Positions 24,950 through 38,010 of a stretch of DNA of 64,000 nt are shown one piece after another (positions within the stretch are counted from its first letter, which is position 1; each line of letters opens with the position of its first letter). The stretch is taken from NCBI RefSeq assembly GCF_006345805.1, contig NC_043003.1, forward strand, positions 2,790,001 through 2,854,000. Direction: 5' to 3'. The notes beneath the pieces are model-generated. The model worked only from the letters and a program-made list of their open reading frames with translations, had not been told where the DNA came from and ran no database searches. Source of the DNA: Octopus sinensis (Eukaryota). A program made the translations under genes and the position numbers.

Positions 24950-26040
24950 ATGTTGAACGAGGGTTTCATAAAACTGCCTTCATCTATGTTTCCTGACATT
25001 ATTTAAGTTCATCACAGACTCTTCAGAGTAGGATGATATCTAAGTTCTGTTTGGAAGTGTTGACACCCAATCCATGTTTTCCCTAATAATTCAGAGGTGT
25101 ATACTGAGGAGCTGTGGCCTTTTGAAACCCAGATTTTGTTGTTCTTTGTTTTTATCCAAGAAAGAAAGAGAGCAGGACTCTTGGAATTATGCAATATCAA
25201 GTTCAGGGATTTGTACAACTTTCAAGATTTTCTTGATGTAAATGACTGCTGACCAATTCCTTGTTCATTCCAAGAAATTGATTCAAAATTCGCTTTTCAG
25301 TATTTCATCTGATGTATGGGACCAATCTTGTTTCCTTTAGATCTTTTGATTACCCACAATCCAGTAGATTGCAGCAAGAGTCTAGAGAACTGAGGACAAA
25401 GGTCTTTCACAGATTAACATTTTCTATTTTGGCTCAGAATGTTTACAGGATCTGTCGCACCTTTCTGCACAATTTTACCATTTTTGTAATATATGAATGG
25501 ACAATGAAGAGTTGCTTATTACAATTCCAAACCCCAAAGATTTTGGAATTAATATTGTAATTTCTTCCAGCCCTGTGTATCCACATTACAGTGTTAGAGA
25601 TTTTAGAACTTTCCCACCTTGAATTTCATGTTTCTGTGCACAGCACTGAGGTCCACAGGCAGTTTCTTCATTTCTTGAGGTCACAGATCACAACTGGCAG
25701 CCTATCATCTTATGATCAATTTTGTCAAAGGTATTGGTAAAGTATAAACATGCCACAATTACAACTGATTAGGTGTATAACCGATTTAACATTTGGCCAC
25801 AATGCCACAGCACTTGTGTGAGCCAGCTTCCATCAGGGTGGAAACCATGTTAGGTATCATTTAGTAAGTTATTTTTCTGCTCACAGATATTCAGTTTCCC
25901 TTTGATAATTCATTCCATGATGCAGGTATCACCATGTAATTTTGGATTCATTCCCACAGCACCATGAATGAGTGTTTTGTTCTCTACTATCATCTCAAGC
26001 TGACCACTGCCTTGTCAATTGAGTGATGTGTCTCTGTCCG
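24950..26040 (-). mobile_element. Highly degenerate CR1/L2-like reverse transcriptase fragment
   Basis: NNLLNDT*HGFHPDGSWLTQVL...VACLYFTNTFDKIDHKMI resembles LL.DSQHGFR.GRSCLTQL...YLDF.KAFDKVDH; many stops. Confidence 0.6.
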
Positions 26041-26532
26041 TTACGTTTTTATGTTCGTTAACTCCTCCTAAACCATTGGTGTAAGGACAACAAAACTCAA
26101 ACCAGCAACTCCCCATGTCCTAAGGGGATCTATTTTTTTAAAGGTTGCCTAATTGGGGCCCTACTGACCTCTTATTTTTACTGCATTTTAAACTAAATAC
26201 ATGGCATTGGCGACCAGATCAGAGAAATGTCAATAAATTTCATACCATGAACTCCCAAGGAGCATTGTAAAGAGGTTTAATTTCCGAAGGGCCGCTTAAA
26301 TGGGGTCTACTGATCCCTACTATCTTTACTGCATTTACCTTGCTCCTATGCTTATTAATTAAACTATGATCATCATCAGTGCTTAGCACATCTGCAGAAA
26401 TAAGTTTGGACATTTCTAAATACCTTCATGTACATTCAAGGTGAGATAAAGAGCTATAACAGGTACGCTTCAAGTGTGATAGTGTGGATATTTATATTTT
26501 GTAGTTTATGAAATTTATGTCTACTGTATATA

Positions 26533-27307
26533 TGTTAGTTAGTTAGTTAGTTAATTTGGCTCAAAAGCAAATAGCAAGGCCATGTAGGGGGACATGGAGT
26601 TAAGTACAGGGTGGTGTTCATGTAAAGAGTTCAGGCCACTTGAGGTCCAGGGAGGCTTTGAACAAAGCGGTCGTCGGCATCTTCACCATCTCGTCTGGCA
26701 GCTTGTTCCACGGATCCGCAACCCGGACGGAGAAAGCTACTCTCCTTCGATTGAGATGAAATCGTCGCAGGTAGAGCTTTTCGGAATGACCCCGCAGCCG
26801 ACGCTCCGGAGCAGGAGTGAAGAACAGCTCTTTCGAGAGGTTACACTTCCCGCTTATGATGTGGGCGAGAATGAGATCACCACGGCGGCGGCGTTTTTCA
26901 AGAGAATAAAGGTCGAGCGTCCTCAGCCTTTCTTCGTAGGACAAATTTTTGAGACCATGAACCATGCGGGTAGCCAGCCTCTGGACTCTTTCGAGGTGCT
27001 GTATGTTTTTGAGGAGATAAGGAGAAGAGGCTTGAATCCCATACTCCAATATGGGTCTCACCAGCGTGACATAGAGTGGCAGGAATATGGCTGCTGTGAG
27101 CATTCCGAATGACCGTCGAATCAAAAACAGAATTCCGCGCGCTTTGTTGGCAGCATGGACGCACTGGGCCGAAGGCGAAAAGGAGGAATCCACCAAGATA
27201 CCCAGGTCCTTTACCTGATCGGTCCTCTCCAGCAGCAGACGACCCGGCTCGAAATCAAGTTGAGTTGCAGGAGTAGAGCCGACAGGCAGCTGACAGCACT
27301 TTGACAC
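26533..27307 (-). mobile_element. 5'-truncated CR1-like LINE, open 3' end of ORF2 with (TAAC)n tail
   Basis: 229-aa open frame with KDLGILVDSSFSPSAQC, LYVTLVRPILEY, LERVQRLATRMV, YEERLRTLDLYSLEKRRRRGDLI; tail (ttag)n on plus strand at 26533-26552. Confidence 0.92.
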
Positions 27308-27829
27308 GTATATATATATATATATATATATACATACACATTATGATTTCACTTAGGCATAGCAATACTATTAACCAGTCGTTAGAACTCAAGATATTTA
27401 TGCTTTACAGTAAAGCATTAGGAAAGTACAGAGCATAATATCTATTAATGAATGACAAAAGCTGACTGCTTCTGCAATGAGAAGCATTGCACTCAGAGCT
27501 GAGCAGTTGTGCAACATCGTACAGCTTCCTTGGAGCTATTAAAAGCATTCAGATTTGGAGGTGTTGCTTCTTACAGCAGAAACAACTGTAAGCTAATGAA
27601 GGGGATTCTGTAACTCCTGCTCTTTTATCATTTGTTAATTGACACACACACTCACATACGTAAGTAACTTTGAATTCGGTAACTAAATTATTTTTACTGC
27701 AACAAAATGTAAAACTATGTAGCAAGGCTTTGACCAGACAAAAGAACCTTATGCACCTGAATTATATTCTTTAAAAAGCAGGACTAGTTCTGTGAACTTC
27801 ATTATATCGCCATAAAAGGCACAAATGCC

Positions 27830-28378
27830 TACATCATTATCACCCATTGTCCATGCTGGCATGGGTTGGATGGTTTGACTGGGCTGGCACACTGGAAGAC
27901 TGTGCCAGGTCCCAGTCTGATTTGGCTTAGTTTTCTACAGCTGGATGCCCTTCTTAACGCCAACCATTTCGAGTGTAATGGGTGTTTTTATGTGCCACCG
28001 GCATGGGTGCCATTTGCGTGACACTGGTATCTGGCACGACTGTGATTTTGCTCAGCTTGATGGGTCTTCTCAAACATGATATAATGCCAAAGGTCTTGGT
28101 CATTGCCTCTGTAAGGCCCAACACTTGAAAGGAGCTCGGCCACTTTACCCCCATGGGGTCCAATGCTTGAAAGGAACTCAGTCACCTTGCCTTTGTGAGG
28201 CCTAACACTCATAAGCAACTCAGCCACTTGCCTCCATGAGGCCCAATGCTTGAAAGGGATTCAGCCACTTGCCTCAATGAGGCCCAACGCTTGAAAGGAA
28301 CTCAGCCATTTGCTTTCAAGCATTAGACCTCATGGGGCAAGTGGCTGAGTCCCTTTCGAGCATTGGGCCTCGTTGGAG
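27830..28378 (-). mobile_element. Family C element with a 41-bp tandem module array and a terminal inverted module
   Basis: Core at 27830-28000; modules gaggcccaatgcttgaaagggattcagccacttgcctc at about 28113-28313; inverted copy at 28326-28378. Confidence 0.75.
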
Positions 28379-28681
28379 GCATGTTTATTGATCAATCAGT
28401 ATTGGCTGGCATATTAGAGGGGCAGTATTAAAGAAAAGTTATGTAAATTCCTTCCAAACTGCATTTGTGAAGGTTCTAGAAGCTTTGCCTCGAGTTATAA
28501 AAAAACTGAAGTATTGAACCCTCAAACAGAGCTACCTGAGACTCTACATAGAACTCTGTTGCTCAGTTCCAAAAAATATTCTCTCACTTCCTTCTACTTG
28601 CTGCTTGTCTCAACTATACACGTATACCACATAACAACATCAACTGAAACACGATTTCTATTTTATGTGCTGTAAATAAGT

Positions 28682-29005
28682 ATCATCATCATCGTTTAAT
28701 GTCCGTTTTCCATGCTAGCATGGGTTTGACGGTTCGACTGAGGTCTGGGAAGCCAGGAGGCTGCACAAGGCCCAGTCTGATCTAGTAGTGTTTCTACTGC
28801 TGGATGCCCTTCCTAACGCCAACCATTCCGTGAGTGTAGTGGGTGCTTTTTATGTGCCAGGCGAGGCTAGCAACGGCCACGATCGGTTGGTGCTTTTCAC
28901 GTGCCACCAGCATGGAGGCCAGTCGAAGTGGGGCTGGCAACGGCTACGTTCGGATGGTTCTTTTACGTGCCACCGGCACCGGTATCACAACTACAATTTC
29001 CATAA
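28682..29005 (-). mobile_element. Family C element
   Basis: Reverse core. Confidence 0.85.
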
Positions 29006-30292
29006 TTCTTCTGTACATATGTAAAATATATAATCTGTTTCAAATAATACATTTTTGGAAACACACATCACTTCTTGATGGGTCATTCACATCTTAGAAT
29101 GCAGCCTCTAACCTTCTGCCTCATTACCACAATCAACACAATAATATCCTCATTATATATTCCCGTTCCATGATGACATGGATTGAACAGGTCAATATTG
29201 TTCGAGTCAATTTTTATTCAGAGCAATTTCCCTCCTAATCATCATCATTTAATGTCTGCTTTCCATGCTGGCATGGTTTAGGCAGCTGGATGCCCTTCCT
29301 AACAGCGAACACTCTACAGAGTGTACTGGGTGCTTTTTACGTGGTACCAGTCACCAAGTAACTTGCAGGACAAGGCCTTTCAATGGAGGTGGGAGAGTAA
29401 TATTGATAGGCAGAAAAAGGAGTCTTGCATTAGAGTGGAAACATGGCTGCTTCAGGTGGGGAGAGTGGAGAGCGAGGGGTGAGTGTGAGGAAGAAGATGG
29501 TGGTGACAGTGAGTGCAACAGGGACTGGAGGGGGGGTAAGTTAACAAGATTGCAAAATGTGAGTGGTAGATGGAGGGGGTGTTAGGAGGATATGCTGTGG
29601 AGAAGCGAGTCAATGGGGACATCCTGTGTACAGGTAGCCATGTGAGGGATTAGTATGGGGGGGGGGGCTGAGAATGCAGAAGTTGGTAAGCATGGGTAGA
29701 GGGAAGATGGGTTGAGGGGGAGGTTTGTCAAGGAAAGATTGTGTTGGAGGGTAGGGGCACGAACATAAAGGACATGCTTTTATAACCTCAACTCTACTTA
29801 GTTGGGCAAATCTTCTCAAGCCCAGGCAAATTGCCGGTCGTCTCGGTCCTTTGTCCTCTCCTCCGTGTGGCTCCACAGCAGCAGCAAAAGTTTTCTAAAA
29901 TGCTATTTTTCAAAATTCAACCCACACTTCATCATTTTACATCATTAGCGAGGATGACACTAACTTTTTATTGCCACTCCTGACATGTACAAACGAAGCA
30001 CATTAATACAAAATACATGTATGAATGAATAATTAAAAGGAAACAAATTTAGATTTGGTTACTCAGACATTTAATTACTACAATTTACATTTTATTTCCC
30101 ATAGAATAAAATAAAACTTGACAAAGTAATTAAATGAATGATAAATAAATTGAAACTAATTATAGTCTATCCATTCAGCAAATAGTTTTTGTTACTTTCT
30201 GCCTCAAGAACTCATAAATTTAAGACAAAGACACCCTCATTGCCCCATGCTGCTTTCATAACCTTCTTTCACATACATTTACAGGTTTTCGG

Positions 30293-30500
30293 TCACTTGT
30301 ATGTGCACTCACTCAAATCTATGTAACCTATTCTATAAAAGGTTTTCCAGACATCCACCACGGTCCAGCTACCTGGAAGAGCCGACCTGCAGATGATGGG
30401 TTCCAATGTCTGCAATCTTCTGTCAGATACTGCCACCATGCAGATTTTTCCACATCTTCCACTTCTTTGCACAAAGACCCAATGACCAGGCGACCCACAG
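30293..30500 (-). mobile_element. Merlin (IS1595/ISXO2-like) DDE transposase fragment
   Basis: GHWVFVQRSGRCGKICMVAVSDRRLQTLEPII...LPGSWTVVDVWKTF aligns by eye with the GQWVFGGVER.SGKCF.V.V.DRS.ETL.PII...LPGT.I.SD.WKAY family pattern. Confidence 0.72.
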
Positions 30501-31935
30501 AGTTCAGTCATTGTCAACTTGTGTAATTTCTTTAATGAAGTTGCGTAATGGTCCTTAGACGAGAACTCAGTGGTCTCCAAGAGGATGTAGGGTCTTGATG
30601 GTCAAACTGGATGAATCCAATTTCCACCAGAGAAAGGAAATAGAATCATAAAGACAATTCTTTAGCCCCCACTTGCAATCACTCACACCCTGTAGCTTCA
30701 TTCAATTGTCCACCATTACACAGTTGATCTGGTTGGTTGGGCTGGAAAGGCTCAGAAACCAAAATGTTATCACATTTGACTTTCTGGAAGAAGAAACAAA
30801 AGAATGCATTACTGTACGCAGTTGCAGAAGATGTTTATGGGAAGATGACATCCCGCGTTTAGCCAAGTGAAAGCTGTTAAGAAATTATAAAGGGTAACAT
30901 GTGCAAACCCGCTTCATTCGCCCTGCATGGAAAGTAATGACGATGCGGTTGCTCCCTAAGTGGTGGTGGTCATGGAGCAACTAAATCGTTTTACTCACTC
31001 TTTTGAGGAAATAGTTCTCAAGCGGGTGAATATCTAATATATCTAGGGCACTGAGTAATGGATTGCACCCAGGTACACACGTGCCATAGCTGTGCTCGAT
31101 GCACCAGGCCTACACAAGATTAACACGAAGCTATCGCCATCCTAAGCAACATAGTAAAATAAATAGCGAGCGAATAATTTATACATTACCGAGGCGATTC
31201 CTTCGGCAACGGTAGACGACGTCATTCACCTACAAAACGTTCTCTCATGACATAAAGAAGCTGTAAATACTTTTTCGACATTGGAAAGGACGAAAGGTAA
31301 AGCTGACTGCATGGGACTTGAACACACAATGCAAAATGTGATTAACTGAATAGCGTAAAGAATTTTGCTTGCAGCTCTACACCGATTCTGCTTAGATTTC
31401 TAACACTGGAACAAAGTCATGAATTATGAGAAGCAGGTTAGTGAATGAAATGAACCCGGAAGAAAGTAAGGTGTTCAGAAATAGAAGCCAGGAAACGTAC
31501 GATCGAAGTAGATCAAATAAGTATCGTTCATACACCGAACTAATTCAATAGTTCATATAAAATGATTGAACTTAATTACAAAATATTAAATGTTTTAAAT
31601 TACGACAGGAAAAAAGAATTACTGATGAAAAGCCGTGTAATGGCTTATTGGCCGTACTCTCCCCGCAAAATCGCGACATACGTTACATTTTTTTGCAGAG
31701 AGTGTACATTCGATTATATAATGTCAACATTATTACTTATTATTTTATCGACCCCAAAAGGATGAAAGGAAAAGTTGACCTCTGTGGAATAGCGGCAAAC
31801 CAAAACAAATCTACAAGTGCTAAAAACACATTTAACATTTATTTGGAATAAATTTTGAAACGTTGATTATAAATTGTGATTTTTATGACTTTTCTAATAT
31901 TTAAAAAGCAATGTCGATTATCTAAATTTCCTTAC

Positions 31936-32124
31936 CTTGTGACTGGAACAAGAAAGCGAACTTTTAGCAGGTTGAACCATGCCGAAATTTTGGAACATTT
32001 TCGATACATAGAGTCGTTTGGGTTTGTAAAAGTTACTGGAATCTGTTGAAACATAGCGATGATTTTTGTAAATAAATACCAGCTGTCTACAAAGATTAAA
32101 GTGCTTCCTCAAATAAAGAGACAT
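31936..32124 (-). CDS. PARS2: Mitochondrial prolyl-tRNA synthetase, coding exon 1 (presequence-like N-terminus, MSLYLRKHFNLCRQLVFIYKNHRYV...YVSKMFQ...SCSSHK)
   Basis: ATG at 32124; 63 codons, basic and nearly free of acidic residues; donor AAG|gtaagg in phase 0 matches exon 2; YVSKMFQ...CSSHK-LML parallels LSRVFQ...CKSQR-LML of vertebrate PARS2 as I recall it. Confidence 0.85.
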
Positions 32125-32133
32125 GATGATAGT

Positions 32134-32240
32134 CTAAAGATATTTTCCTTATAACATAATTATTATTTCTGTTGTGTTGTGGTGCGCGACTGCCATGAAT
32201 ACCCAGCCTCGTTCTGGGTAATACATTATCGCTTACTTAC
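32134..32240 (-). other. PARS2: Candidate 107-nt 5'UTR intron of PARS2
   Basis: Donor gac|GTAAGTaag at 32240; acceptor atatctttag|actatcatcATG at 32134. Confidence 0.45.
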
Positions 32241-32295
32241 GTCTGACTAATAACCTTAATAAGACATTGAGGGCCCTTTTGTAACCCCCCCCCCT

Positions 32296-33017
32296 CGATT
32301 CTACTATAGACACAAGGCCTGAAATTTTAGAGGAAGAAGCTAGTCGCTTACTTCGACCTCAATTCTCAACTGGTACTTATTTTATCGACATCGAAAGGAT
32401 GAATGACACAGTTGGCCTCGACGGGATTTGAACTCGGAACGTAAAGAACCAGGAGAAATGCTGCCAAGCAGTTTGCCCGACACGTTAACCATTCTATCAG
32501 CTCGTCACCTTAACAACAACAGTAGGCTCAAGGCCTGAATTTTGGTGGACAGGTGCTAGTCGACCTCGGTAGAATTTGAACTCAGAGCATAAAAATTTAG
32601 AGGAAATGCCGACCGCTAAGCATTTTATTTTTTTCTACTCTAGGCACAAGGCCCAAAATTTTGGGAGTAAGGGGCCAGTCGATTGGATCGACCCTAGTAC
32701 GCAACTGGTACTTAATTTATCGACCCCGAAAGGATGAAAGGCAAAGTCGACCTCGGCAGAATTTGAACTCAGAACTTAAAGCCAAACGAAATACCTATTT
32801 CTTTATTACCCACAAGGGGCTAAACATAGAGGGGACAAAGAAAGGGATTAAATCGATTACATCGATCCCAGTGCGTAACTGGTACTTATTTAATCGACCC
32901 CGAAAGGATGAAAGGCAAAGTCGACCTCGGCGGAATTTGAACTCAGAACGTAACGGCAGGCGAAATACCTCTAAGCATTTCGCCCGGCGTGCTAACGTTT
33001 TTGCCATCTTGCCGCCT
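32296..33017 (-). mobile_element. Tandem/nested cluster of family B SINEs upstream of PARS2
   Basis: At least four partial or full reverse copies; 32790-33017 is full length with head gccgcc at 33012-33017. Confidence 0.85.
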
Positions 33018-33098
33018 TAGACATTGGTATTCGAAAGAAGTTACCGCCAAGTATTAAAAGCATTCGATGCGTAAACTTCCAAGATAGAATTAATTACA

Positions 33099-33574
33099 TC
33101 TCTATATATAAAACTGTAGTTGTGTGAGTGTCTGTCCCCTTCGATTTAGATTCCTAACTCCTCCCACATTTTGCGGTGCAGTTTAACCAAATTCGGGAAT
33201 CTTATAGTCGTGATTCATATCGAGCCCGTCTGAGTATTAGCGCGCGTCTACGATGAGTCTACGATTTTAAAAATAATTTAACATCATTTTTTATTCCATT
33301 TTAATGCATAATTTTTCGTGTGTCGATGGCGGCGGAGTTGGCGTCCACGCTCACACCTGCACCTGTGGGGAAGGGAGTGTAAGGAAATCAACGTCGTAAT
33401 GCGTTGTCAAGGAGACCAGCGTTCTTTTAGAACAACGACTTCATGGCTTGAAGACACCAAAACAGAAATGGCTAAGAAAGCCCGAATTGGCATCTATAAG
33501 GGAAGTAACTCTCTAAAAATGCTTAAATAGTTATTTACCTTACAAACCCGAGCAACGCCGGGCGATACTGCTAG
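33099..33574 (+). mobile_element. Non-autonomous Helitron
   Basis: A|TCTCTATATATAAAA start; 3' hairpin CCCG-AGCAACGC-CGGG then CTAG|T; inserted at an AT dinucleotide; no TSD. Confidence 0.85.
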
Positions 33575-33729
33575 TTTAATATACATCTCTATTTCTAAAT
33601 TTAAATTAAAAACTGAAAATCATTTGTATTGGTTTATATTGATCTTTGTTAATTCTGTAAGGGAGTCATTGGAGCCCTAAATCGAGCACCTTTGGTGAAA
33701 ACGATTCCATAACTTTGTATATTGGTTTC

Positions 33730-35262
33730 AAATATTAGCACGAGGCCAGCAATTTCGGAGGAGCAGGCTAAGTCAATTACATTAACCCCCAATGGTCAAC
33801 TGGTACTTATTTTATCAACCGCAAAAGGATAAAAGATAAAGTCGACCTTGGCGGCATTATAACTTCGTTTATTGATTTTAAATTTTGGCACAACGTCAGC
33901 ATGTTCGTGGGGAGGGGGTACGTCGATTACATCGAGCCTAGTATGCAACTGGTACTTATTTTATTGACCTTGAAAGGATGGAAGGTAAAGTCGACCTCAG
34001 TGGAATTTGAACTCAGAATGTAAAACGGGTGAAATACTGCTAAGCATCGTGCCTGGTCTACTCTTTTGACTCTTTTACTTGTTTCAGTCATTTGATTGCG
34101 GCCATGCTGGAGCAGCGCCTTTAGTTGAGCAAATCGACTCCAGGACTTATTCTTTGGAAGCCTGGTACTTATTCTATCGGTTAAGGGGACGTAAACACAC
34201 CAGCATCGGTTGTCAAGCGATGTTGGGGGGACGAACAGAGACACATAAACATATACACCCACATACATACATATATATATATGTACATATATACGACGGG
34301 CTTCTTTCAGTTTCCATCTACCATATCCACTCACAAAGCTTTGGTTGGCCCGAGGCTATAGCAAAAGACACCCAAGGTGACACACAGTGGGACTGAAACT
34401 GGAATCATCTGGTTGGTAGCCGACGATTCTGTCAGCTCAAAATCTTATCTTAATTAAGTATATTAACACCTTTAATAATGGTTTGTACTTTAAGCACAAA
34501 ATCAGCAATCTTGGGGAGAAGGGGTTAATCAATAGCAGTGACCGCTTGTTTGGTACTTATTTCACTGACCCTGAAAGGATGGAAGGTGAAGTCAACCTTG
34601 GCAGAATTTGAACTCAGAACATCAAGAGCCAGCAGAAATGCTGCTAAGACTTTGTTTGACACCCTAACCATTCTGCCAATGGACTGCCCTATCAACATCT
34701 TAAATAATCCTTTCTGCTATAGGTACAAGGCCTGAAACTTTAGGGGAGGGGGCTAGCTGTCCTGACTAGTACTTATTTTATCAACCCCGTAAAGATGAAA
34801 GGCAAAGTTGACCGTGGCAGAATTTGAACTCAGAGCATAATAACGAAACTGCCAGCTCACTGCCTTTTCTGCCTGCTCACCACCTTATTAACATCATCAT
34901 CATCATCGTTTAACATCTGCCTGCCATGCTGGCATGGGTTGGACGGTTTGACTGAGGACTGGTGAGCCAGAGGCTACACCAGGCTTCAATCTGATCTGGC
35001 AAAGTTTCTACAGCTGGATGCCCTTGCTAATGCCAACCACTCTGAGACTGTAGTGGGTGCTTTTATGTGCCACCTGCACGGGAGCCAGTCCGGCAGGACT
35101 GGCAACGACCACACTCGAATGTTGTTTTTCATGTGTCACCCGCACATGTGCCAGTAAGGTGATGGTGGCAACGATCATGCTCGAATGGTACTTTTCACAT
35201 GTCACCAGCATGGGAGCCTATCCGTGGCCCTGGCAACGATCACACTTGGATATGCTTTTAAC
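33730..35262 (-). mobile_element. SINE cluster (family B x4, family A ~34062-34410, family C ~34890-35262)
   Basis: Successive reverse matches to the families defined above. Confidence 0.8.
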
Positions 35263-36247
35263 ATTCTACTTTAATAATAGAATAGGGGCTAATACACTTG
35301 ATGCAGTAAGCCAAAAGAATTTCAATTTTTATTATTTAAAATTACATTCATTAATTAGGAGGTGATATTAAGCTTACAAGAAGATCTTAGCCAAGGCGTG
35401 TAGCCTAGTGATTAGGTCCATGGTCATAAGATCAGCAGTCCAGTTCATGGGTTGGGTGGTGCTTTATCTCCTTGAGCCAGGCACTTCATTTAATTTCACT
35501 CCAGTCTGCTCAGCTAAAAAAGAGTTTCCACCTTGGAAGCGCTGTTGGGTCAAGAGTGAAAGTTTTGTGTCTGACCGTTGCTGCAGAAGTACCTGGAACA
35601 ATCTGGAAACATGACACATTGCCATACTGTACTTACTCATGAGTGGTGGCTGGTTGAGAACAAATCATTAACTAAATGACTAAACTATGATAAGAAAAAA
35701 AAAACACAAAAAAGATGAGGAGAGACAACCCCAACCCCAGATTTTAATTAATTAGTTATAGAGTAATGTGCTGTTGAGTGCAGTCTTTAGCAGCACAGTT
35801 ACAACTCCATACATATTCCAACCTTATTATACCTCAACAGTGAATGTAGCAAAGCTCCTAGAATTGAAGGCTCGCAGCTTTAGTTACTAGGAACAGACCA
35901 CATTTAGATCAGGTGATGTAATCTGAATATGAGCCAATCAGCTTGCAGAAATATCACCCCATATTAAAGAATATTCTATCATGTTCCGGAGTTTCCCATG
36001 TAAAAAGGAATTATATAAGCAACAATTCAGGCAAGCACAGCAAGAGTGGCTGAGAACACCCTGTGGACACATTTTTTGTAAATGACCATTGATTATGATA
36101 ATACCCAGGATGCCTTCTGCATGAAAACTTCATAGTAAAGGGAACATTTATATACTAGATGCAGATTATTTCCCCTTGCCATTTTTGGCCAGAATTAGTT
36201 AATTAAATAATGATTTATTATCAACATTAAGGGTGTAATTTTTTAAA

Positions 36248-36513
36248 TACCAACCAATCAGAGTAGTGGACACAACAGGGCCCAAGCAGCCGAAGATTAG
36301 TTATCTGCTACGTCCGTATTTGCGTTATATATGTCAGAGAGAGAGAGAGAGGATTTCAATAAGGGTACGCTACACACGCAAATACACACAGGTGCGCGCA
36401 AAGCGTAGTTTTATGTGAATTACAGAAGTAAATGGACAAACGTCCAAAAGCAACATCTTGGCTCAGTCCCGGCGCATCGTCAGCCACTAATGTGACCCCC
36501 TTCAAATATAACA
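36248..36513 (-). mobile_element. Truncated solo-LTR-like copy, near-identical to 46945-47248
   Basis: Same sequence apart from (GA)n length and small indels; both end at ...tataaca with unrelated flanks. Confidence 0.65.
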
Positions 36514-37429
36514 TAAGAATTAGGGAAATATTCTTTGGGTTTTAAGAACTGATTCTAATAATATTGGTTTCTTTGAGAAAATTTCTGAATGTATTCCTGC
36601 GATCATTAAGTGTGTTTTGATGTTTTGATTGCATTTAATTAAATATGCTTATCGAAACATTTATAATGTTTGATTTTTTTTTTCATTTTATTGATATTTA
36701 TTCGTGCATATTTCTTTTTCTTCCATTCTTTTTATTTTATTTTATTTTATTTATTTATTTATTTATTTTTTCACAAGAACAAATTGGATTTAATTCACCA
36801 GTGTAACCATTAAGCAATATTTAATGTATTAAAATATGATTATCAAATGAATTTCTTTTGAGAAAAATCTATTGATCACTTCAACCAAATTGACCATTAA
36901 GAGACTTCAAAGATATTCCAAGGGCTCAAAAAGTTCCTTTGTGAAAGTTCATCTCCTTGAATGTTTAATTCTACCTTTGAAATTTTAATAATTTTCAAGA
37001 AAGGAAAGCTGTTATTTCATATACGGTTGGCTGGTGCTCTTGTTGGCCACCACTGAAACGAATTCTCTCTCTCTCACTCTCTCTCTCCTCCCCTCCCTTC
37101 CCTCTCCTCCCCTCCTCTCGCTCCTCTCTCTGATATTTATTGTGCTTTTAACACAAGTCTATAAGAGACGTTATCTCAGGACAAATACCAGAGCAACTGG
37201 CCTATCAACTGTGTATATACATTAAGTATAATACATAGATGTCTATTTTAAGTAAATAAGGCCTTAATTGCATATACTGGATTTTTTATGTCTGCTTTGT
37301 CTTCCTGTTGTCAGAAGGAATCAAACCATTTCTACAAACTTATCTTATTCCTTAACATGCTTATAAGTTATTCAAAAAGTTTACAATGTTCGTAAATATA
37401 TGACATTAGTATATAATAATAAACTATGA

Positions 37430-38010
37430 AAGCAAGCTGGCAGAAGCGTTAGCATGATAGGCAAAATGCTTAACTGCTTTCATCTGTCTAGGTTCTGAGT
37501 TCAAGTTCCAATGGGGTCGACTTTACCATTCATCCTTTCAGGGTCGATAAAATAAGTACCAGTTGAGCACTGGGGTTGATATAATCAACTTGCTCCCTTC
37601 CTCGACATTGCTGGCCTTGGGCAAAAAATTGAAACCAATATACAGTAATAAACTGGACTAATTTCATTTGATTGTACATCACCATCATCATCGTCATTGT
37701 TTAACATTCGCTTTCCATGCTAGCATGGGTTGGACAGTTTGACTGTGGGCTGCCAAGGCAGAAGGCGGCACCAGGCTCCAATCTGATCTGGCAAAGTTTG
37801 CACAGCTGGATGCCCTTCCTAATGCCAACCACTCCGAGAGTGTAGTGGGTGCTTTTAATGTGCCACCAGCAAGAGGGCCAGTCAGGCAGTACTGGCAATG
37901 ACCACGCTTGAATGGTGCTTTTTACATATCATCAGCACGAGGGCCAGTCAGCCGGCACTGGCATCAACCATGCTCAAATGGTGCTTTTTACGTGCCACTG
38001 GCACAGGTGT
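37430..38010. mobile_element. Family B SINE (+, ~37430-37640) and family C element (-, ~37678-38010)
   Basis: Family core matches. Confidence 0.8.

Noticed and set aside
30599-30650. Plus-strand VKLDESNF resembling the Merlin VEIDES motif
   Set aside because: On the opposite strand to the Merlin fragment and too short to exclude chance
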